Source: a virus. From it: DNA of 64,000 nt. The position numbers and the translations under genes are program-made. A model generated the notes under the pieces. The model was not told where the DNA came from. It saw only the letters and a list, made by a program, of their open reading frames with translations, and searched no databases. The stretch lies in the IMG/VR virus record IMGVR_UViG_3300047550_003584, positions 1-64,000 of that record; one strand, written 5' to 3'. Every line of letters starts with the position of its first letter. Positions within the stretch are counted from its first letter, which is position 1. Positions 58,860 through 64,000 of this stretch are shown here, one piece after another.

Positions 58860-59024
58860 ATGGCTCACCTTAACCAGTATCTTGAAGTTGCTCTTGCTAT
58901 CCATGCAGCAGCTTCCGCAATTTGTGCTCTGACCCCAACACCTTCCGATGACAAGCTTGTCGGCAAGCTCTACAAATTAATTGAGATTGCAGGTCTTGTC
59001 ATTGGTCGCGCTAAGCAGCGCTGA
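58860..59024 (+). CDS. Small membrane protein, holin candidate
   Basis: MAHLNQYLEVALAIHAAASAICALTPTPSDDKLVGKLYKLIE..., close to the endolysin. Confidence 0.5.
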   Translation: MAHLNQYLEVALAIHAAASAICALTPTPSDDKLVGKLYKLIEIAGLVIGRAKQR

Positions 59025-59187
59025 TCAATCAGGTAATACCTGCGTCCAAAATACGACGCCTCCCTGTTCTTCTACCCAATCCCTTGTTTCATATGCGTGT
59101 TCCCTTGGTAGGGTCGCGCATTTCTTTTCGTCGCCAATCTGCCAGCACATATTGATGCGCGTTGGCTTCTCCTTATGTTTTTTCATA

Positions 59188-60207
59188 TCAATAATCCCAT
59201 CTGACTTTTGGGCGGCCTGGTCGAATTCCAAGGTGGCAAAATCCTTTTGGTGCTCCATATCCTAATGAGTACGCCCAGTTTCTGTCACACCATTCTTGCA
59301 CAGCATAGATACCTGCGCCTTCGATGTAAAAATCAACGGCACCTTTAGACGGAGCATCGTAAGTGTGCTCGCTGTTCTTAGCACCACCCACTTGTGTATT
59401 GATGGGCTCTGGACGAGAACCACTGGTGATGATCAAAGGTTTGTTGCCAAATTGTTTACGGACCTTTTCCAGGAATAAACAGAGTTCTTTTGCTGTGTCA
59501 CATTGATATTGTTTAGTAAAACGGCGCTTTTCCTGGTTGAGAGTCAACTCTCCATACGTGATGTTAGGCGTGATTTTGTAGTTGAAAGGGCTCCAGGGAT
59601 TGAAGTTATTGCTGTGTGGATCAGCAGGATCTTGCTTGGTGCCGCTGTTTTGTAGTTGACGGTCAAGGATCTGGATCAACTTAGTCGCATATTCAGGATC
59701 AGTTGCGTACCCTTCCTCGATTAAAAGCTGCGCACATTCGTTCCGTGACTGCGCACGGTTAACACCTTTGAATCGGCCAAAATCTTTGTACCAGCGATCT
59801 ACAAGGTATACAACACAGGTTTCCAAATCAGGAAAATCAAGGAACCCGGCTTTGATTGTGATCCATTTTCCGTTGATGAATTCTTGAGTACTGACCGTAG
59901 AGCCAGATCCTTTTAATCCAAAGTAGTTATTTTTACCAGATGTGTGTTTACCCCAGCCCGATTCAAGTGCCCACTGCGCACTAACACATTCCGGAAATTT
60001 AGCGCCAGCTTGTTTTGCTGCAGCGTAAACACCGTCCCAAGTGTTGCCTGCTTCTAAAGAAGGCTTAGGTGCAGGCTTAGTTCTGTACTTAGACGCAAAA
60101 GTGTCCAGGGTCTCTGGTGCAAGAGTTCCCTGGAGCCAATCCCATGCTTCAATTTGATGCGGTTCTTCGTTAAAAAACTCAGCCGCATCAACGAGTTTAA
60201 TAGACAT
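59188..60207 (-). CDS. Endolysin: glucosaminidase (GH73) + peptidase M15A
   Basis: AQWALESGWG..NNYFGLKG..GYATDPEY; ITSGSR..N..VGGAKNSEH..AVDF..FCHL. Confidence 0.88.
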   Translation of the reverse strand: MSIKLVDAAEFFNEEPHQIEAWDWLQGTLAPETLDTFASKYRTKPAPKPSLEAGNTWDGVYAAAKQAGAKFPECVSAQWALESGWGKHTSGKNNYFGLKGSGSTVSTQEFINGKWITIKAGFLDFPDLETCVVYLVDRWYKDFGRFKGVNRAQSRNECAQLLIEEGYATDPEYATKLIQILDRQLQNSGTKQDPADPHSNNFNPWSPFNYKITPNITYGELTLNQEKRRFTKQYQCDTAKELCLFLEKVRKQFGNKPLIITSGSRPEPINTQVGGAKNSEHTYDAPSKGAVDFYIEGAGIYAVQEWCDRNWAYSLGYGAPKGFCHLGIRPGRPKVRWDY

Positions 60208-60458
60208 ATCGACCTAGGGCGTTAGTACAACTCTAGGTCAAGTCTATTTTTCACTCAGCAATTTCTTCGGTCGGTTCTCCGGTTTCTTCTGGAGCAAACT
60301 CAAGGGTTTCAATCAATTGACCGATAAGGTTACCAGCGAAAGCAACAAGGTTGCCGTCACCAGTAGCACGTGCAGCTCCAAATGAATTGATAGCGGAAAT
60401 CAACTCAGCTTTAGTGCAAGCCATAATGAAGCAATAACTTCAAAAAGTATAACAAAAA

Positions 60459-60782
60459 TCACCAAGGAACGCCAGATTCAGAAGTTGGGTGCAGTTTGGT
60501 TTGGATCTGGTTGTGCAGTGCTTCTTCAATCGAAACAACTTGATCAACACCAAGTGCTGCCAGAGTCCAATTTACTACTTCTTCTTTGGTGAGTTCACCG
60601 AAAGGAGTGAAGTTATCAGGGTCGGGTTCACCAAGGCCAACGCTGCCGTAACAACCGGCAGTTTCACCATCTTCTTCCAGGGATGCAGTCCAATGGACGG
60701 TATATACAGCGCCATCAGGACAGGTGTCACCATCAGGAAGATGACGTTCGAGGTTGGCAATATCCCAAACAGTATTAGCCAT
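60459..60782 (-). CDS. Tail-fibre-associated small protein
   Basis: TVWDIANLER..VYTVHW..YGSVGL..F.ELTKEEV.NW..GVPW, downstream of the fibre gene. Confidence 0.65.
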   Translation of the reverse strand: MANTVWDIANLERHLPDGDTCPDGAVYTVHWTASLEEDGETAGCYGSVGLGEPDPDNFTPFGELTKEEVVNWTLAALGVDQVVSIEEALHNQIQTKLHPTSESGVPW

Positions 60783-60835
60783 AATCAACAATGTTTTCTT
60801 TTTATTTTACCAGGGGTGATCAGTGAGTAGGACTA

Positions 60836-62857
60836 CTAGCTCAAGCGATAGGTCACAAACGTATTCGCAGCCGTGCGCCGTGAGGCGAAGCGACCGGATG
60901 TGCCGGTGGCAACCGAGCCAGAACCCACGATGGTGTGAGCAGTGCCAGCCAACACACGCACCAAGCTGGGGCCTGTGTTGATGACGCTCCATTCAAACGT
61001 CATGTTCGTGTAGATGCCACTGAATCCAGCTTCTGTATCGGTTCCAGTAGGCAGCGTCATGTCGGTTGCTGCGGCTGACGTGCTGGTGATAATGCCGGTT
61101 TTGAGGTTGGCAACAGTCAGCGTTGCAGTGGCGTTGACGGCAGCAGGGGCGCCTTGGTTGTAAGCATGAACACCATCATTGGTGATGCGAACTCGCTCCG
61201 TCGGGCTGCTCGCTCCATCGGCGGTGGTCGAGAAGACAAGCCTGCCCGGCATGTCGTTAGTGCCGGGGGTGCCGTCTACCTCAGCAAAGATTGTTGCTGC
61301 TTGCTTGAAATCAGTACCATCAGACCCTGTAAAGCGAATAGTGCCAAGCCTTGCACCATCAACAACAACTGTATGCGTGCCTAGTGTGTCGCTATAAGAA
61401 CGCCTAAAATGAAGCTGGGAAGCAAATCCCGTCGAAGTTCCGCACCAAGTAGTTAAACTTGTAATTGATTCCGAGCTTGCTCCATTCTGCGAAAACTGAA
61501 CTTGTGGCGTAGAAAGCCCTGATGCGCCAACGCTCGTAGACGTCCCCACCAACAATCTGCCGGAGCTGTCGATGCGGGCGCGTTCTTGGCTAATTCCACC
61601 TGCTGTTCTTGTATGGAATCCAAGCTCACCAGCGGCTGAAGCCACCCGATAGCCCCTAATTTCACAAGTAGAGTTCGCGGTTACATCAACGGTGGATCCG
61701 TTCCAAACGATTGCGGAATAATCGTTTGCAGTGGTGCTATTAAGGTCAAGCGTAATGTTATTACCTAGTCCTCTGACAGTTAGGGGAGAGTAAGGACTCG
61801 TGGTGCCGATGCCGACGTTGCCTGCAGATGTGATTCGAACTCGCTCCGTCGGGCTGCTCGCTCCATCGGCGGTGGTCGAGAAGACAAGCCTGCCCGGGTA
61901 GTCAGATGCAGACCAACCAGCATCAGCTTGTGCTGTAATCCACGCGGCTTCACCGCCTTCGCCATTACCAAAGGCAACGCGGCCAAGGCTTTCTCCTGCT
62001 CCAATTCCGGCAGCAATGGTTCTGCCTGTGAATAGGGCTAGCTTTCCTTCAAATGTTGATCCCGAGCTGTTGCCACGGACCTGAATCAGCGAGTCTGACC
62101 AGTTGCCGGCGCTAAGGCTAGAAGACGTGCCAACCAACAACCTGCCGGAGCTGTCAATGCGGGCGCGTTCGGAACCAGCAGTTCTAAACTGCATTGAATC
62201 GGAAGCATGCAGATACTCGATGAGACCTTGAGCACGAGCGTTTGCATCTGAAAACGCAACAAAGCCAGTTGTACTTGTGGTGAGGTTGATGCCATGAACG
62301 CTGCCTTCAATCTTGAAAGCATCTGCACTATTAGCTGCCCATGCTTCAGTTACATCTCCTGCTCGCACATGTAATAAATTATCTGGACTCGCAGTGCTGA
62401 TGCCGACCTTCCCATCACTTGCAACAAACAACCGCCCAGTGCCATTAGTCGAGATGGCTACTTGGTCTGCGCCGGGGGAGTAAATGCCGGTGTTGAGGTC
62501 AGAAACAAAACTAATTGATGGGCTTGCTGCAGTACCTAACGCAAATACACCCGATGTAATGGTATGAGTGCCGCCACTGATATTGGTAAAATTACCACTA
62601 GTAAAGTCTGCAGTGGTACCAGTGACAGTAACCCCTGTTAATGAAGTAAAGGTTCCACTGGTAAATTGAGCAGTTGTTCCAGTGATTGTAACACCTGAAA
62701 TTGTTTGACCTTGTACGGTATTACCAGAGATAGTTCCGGTTACGGTAACGCTTCCTGTAAAAGTAGGATTCTGAACTAAACCAGAAACTGCAACGCTCTT
62801 ATCAATACCACCATCAGTAAAGGTGATTGTATCAATCTTGATAGTGCCGTACGCCAT
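60836..62857 (-). CDS. Tail fibre protein with repeated modules
   Basis: T/G-rich N-terminus; repeats ERARIDSSGRLLVGTS and GRLVFSTTADGASSPTERVRIT. Confidence 0.85.
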   Translation of the reverse strand: MAYGTIKIDTITFTDGGIDKSVAVSGLVQNPTFTGSVTVTGTISGNTVQGQTISGVTITGTTAQFTSGTFTSLTGVTVTGTTADFTSGNFTNISGGTHTITSGVFALGTAASPSISFVSDLNTGIYSPGADQVAISTNGTGRLFVASDGKVGISTASPDNLLHVRAGDVTEAWAANSADAFKIEGSVHGINLTTSTTGFVAFSDANARAQGLIEYLHASDSMQFRTAGSERARIDSSGRLLVGTSSSLSAGNWSDSLIQVRGNSSGSTFEGKLALFTGRTIAAGIGAGESLGRVAFGNGEGGEAAWITAQADAGWSASDYPGRLVFSTTADGASSPTERVRITSAGNVGIGTTSPYSPLTVRGLGNNITLDLNSTTANDYSAIVWNGSTVDVTANSTCEIRGYRVASAAGELGFHTRTAGGISQERARIDSSGRLLVGTSTSVGASGLSTPQVQFSQNGASSESITSLTTWCGTSTGFASQLHFRRSYSDTLGTHTVVVDGARLGTIRFTGSDGTDFKQAATIFAEVDGTPGTNDMPGRLVFSTTADGASSPTERVRITNDGVHAYNQGAPAAVNATATLTVANLKTGIITSTSAAATDMTLPTGTDTEAGFSGIYTNMTFEWSVINTGPSLVRVLAGTAHTIVGSGSVATGTSGRFASRRTAANTFVTYRLS
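61188..61897. repeat. Identical 62-bp direct repeat in the tail fibre gene (61188-61249 and 61836-61897)
   Basis: Base-for-base comparison. Confidence 0.9.
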
Positions 62858-62893
62858 TTTGTTGTCTCTTTTTGTCTATTTTAACTGAAAGAA

Positions 62894-64000
62894 TTAAGGA
62901 AGAATAACCAATGGTCCTTGGATAATTAAGCCGTTTGCAGCACCACCGGAAATAACACCAGAACACACAATGGCAGGTGTTGCGCCAGAGGGGGTTGTGA
63001 CTGCAAGCGTGCTACCGGTAATTGAAGTAAATGCTCCAGTAGTGCCAGTGACCGTAGCTCCTGATATGCAAGAGGTAAATACACCGGAGGTGAACGTTGC
63101 CGTGACGCCAGTAGTTGTGGTACCGGTAAGCGAAGTAAAAGAACCGGTCGTAAACGTAGCGGTAATACCAGTTGTTGTTGTGCCCGTTAACGAAACAAAG
63201 GTTCCAGTTGTTGCTTGAATTGTTGTTCCGGTAATGGTTGTGCCACTAAGTGTTCCTGTAATTTGTACACCAGATGCAAAAAATCCGGAGCCAAGAACGT
63301 TTAGGTCGCCGGATACGGTGGTGTTTGTAAACGATAAGTTGGTTGCTTGAAGGGTGTTAAAGACACCAGTCGTAGCATTGACCGTCGTTCCAGTAATGGT
63401 CGTGCCCCTGAGATTAACAAAAACACCTGATGTCCCCTGGACGGTATTGCCAGTGATCGTGGCACCGGAAACACTTGTGGTGAAGATACCTGCAATACCG
63501 GTCAGATTTGTAAAAGCACCCGTGTTGCCGGTAACGGTTAGGCCAGAAACAATTGTTGTAAAGGTACCCGTGGCGCCAGTGACTGTTGTGAAGTTTGCGC
63601 TGTCTCCGGTGACTGCACTTCCACTGAGGTAGCTGCTGAACGTACCAGAGATACCATTGACAATTGAAAATAAACCCGAAGCACCTGTAATAGTCATGCC
63701 TGAAACACGACTATTAAAGACACCAGATACACCGGAAATTATTGTTGCGTTGACGTTGGTGCCAGTAATAGTTGCACCGGAAACATTGGTGAATGTCCCA
63801 GAAACACCTGTAAGTGTTGTGTAGTTTCCGATATCACCAGTAATAAAAGCCCCTGACAACACCTGGGTAAAAACACCCGAGATGCCGCTGACGTTGCCAA
63901 AGGATCCCGTATTTCCTGTTACGGTTGCACCAGAAACCCTGGTCGTAAAAGTACCGGATACACCGGTGACATTCGCAAAACGTGCCGTGTCACCTGTAAT
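62894..64000 (-). CDS. Thr/Gly/Ser-repeat tail fibre protein (N-terminus beyond the window)
   Basis: Repeating SGATITG / GxFTxxTG units continue to the window edge. Confidence 0.8.
   Translation of the reverse strand: MTGDTARFANVTGVSGTFTTRVSGATVTGNTGSFGNVSGISGVFTQVLSGAFITGDIGNYTTLTGVSGTFTNVSGATITGTNVNATIISGVSGVFNSRVSGMTITGASGLFSIVNGISGTFSSYLSGSAVTGDSANFTTVTGATGTFTTIVSGLTVTGNTGAFTNLTGIAGIFTTSVSGATITGNTVQGTSGVFVNLRGTTITGTTVNATTGVFNTLQATNLSFTNTTVSGDLNVLGSGFFASGVQITGTLSGTTITGTTIQATTGTFVSLTGTTTTGITATFTTGSFTSLTGTTTTGVTATFTSGVFTSCISGATVTGTTGAFTSITGSTLAVTTPSGATPAIVCSGVISGGAANGLIIQGPLVILP

Noticed and set aside
61188-62170. Diversity-generating retroelement TR/VR pair
   Set aside because: The repeats are identical or differ at synonymous, non-adenine-specific positions; both copies are in frame in one gene; no reverse transcriptase.
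380-63632. Many antisense ORFs in the track (e.g. 575-931, 4226-4651, 8980-9396, 33905-34333, 35065-35568, 63354-63632)
   Set aside because: They are shadows of well-supported genes on the opposite strand, with no motifs or initiation signals.

Overview
A 64-kb piece of a tailed dsDNA cyanophage genome. The gene set recalls S-EIV1-like freshwater Synechococcus/Cyanobium phages, but that assignment is inference. Layout: (1) 1-15.6 kb, minus strand: packaging and virion genes (portal overlapping a scaffold-like ORF, terminase, many Gly/Ala/Gln-rich internal-virion candidates). (2) 16.1-43.6 kb, plus strand: early/middle genes (many small ORFs, PcfJ, tRNA-Leu(UAA), NrdR-like Zn ribbon, ThyX, GP88, Tyr762 PolA, SSB, gp157, SWIM, Dps-like, free-standing HNH genes). 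(3) 43.9-48.9 kb, minus strand: tRNA-Pro, a dense non-coding RNA cassette, small basic proteins, a methyltransferase and an Hli protein. (4) 49-58.7 kb: exonuclease, primase-SF3 helicase, SpeD, glycosyltransferase, a candidate origin and a 40-aa CP12-like ORF. (5) Lysis and tail-fibre genes. The strongest unexplained signal is non-coding: about 20 intergenic elements in four covarying structural families punctuate the plus-strand transcript (a 28-nt H-type pseudoknot, tRNA-minihelix mimics with a conserved 12-bp stack, a CAU/URUAAG internal-loop element, and a two-state stem switch). There is also a ~600-nt array of abutting structured RNA modules with tRNA/tRNA-like units. All structures were paired by eye; no folding or database search was run.
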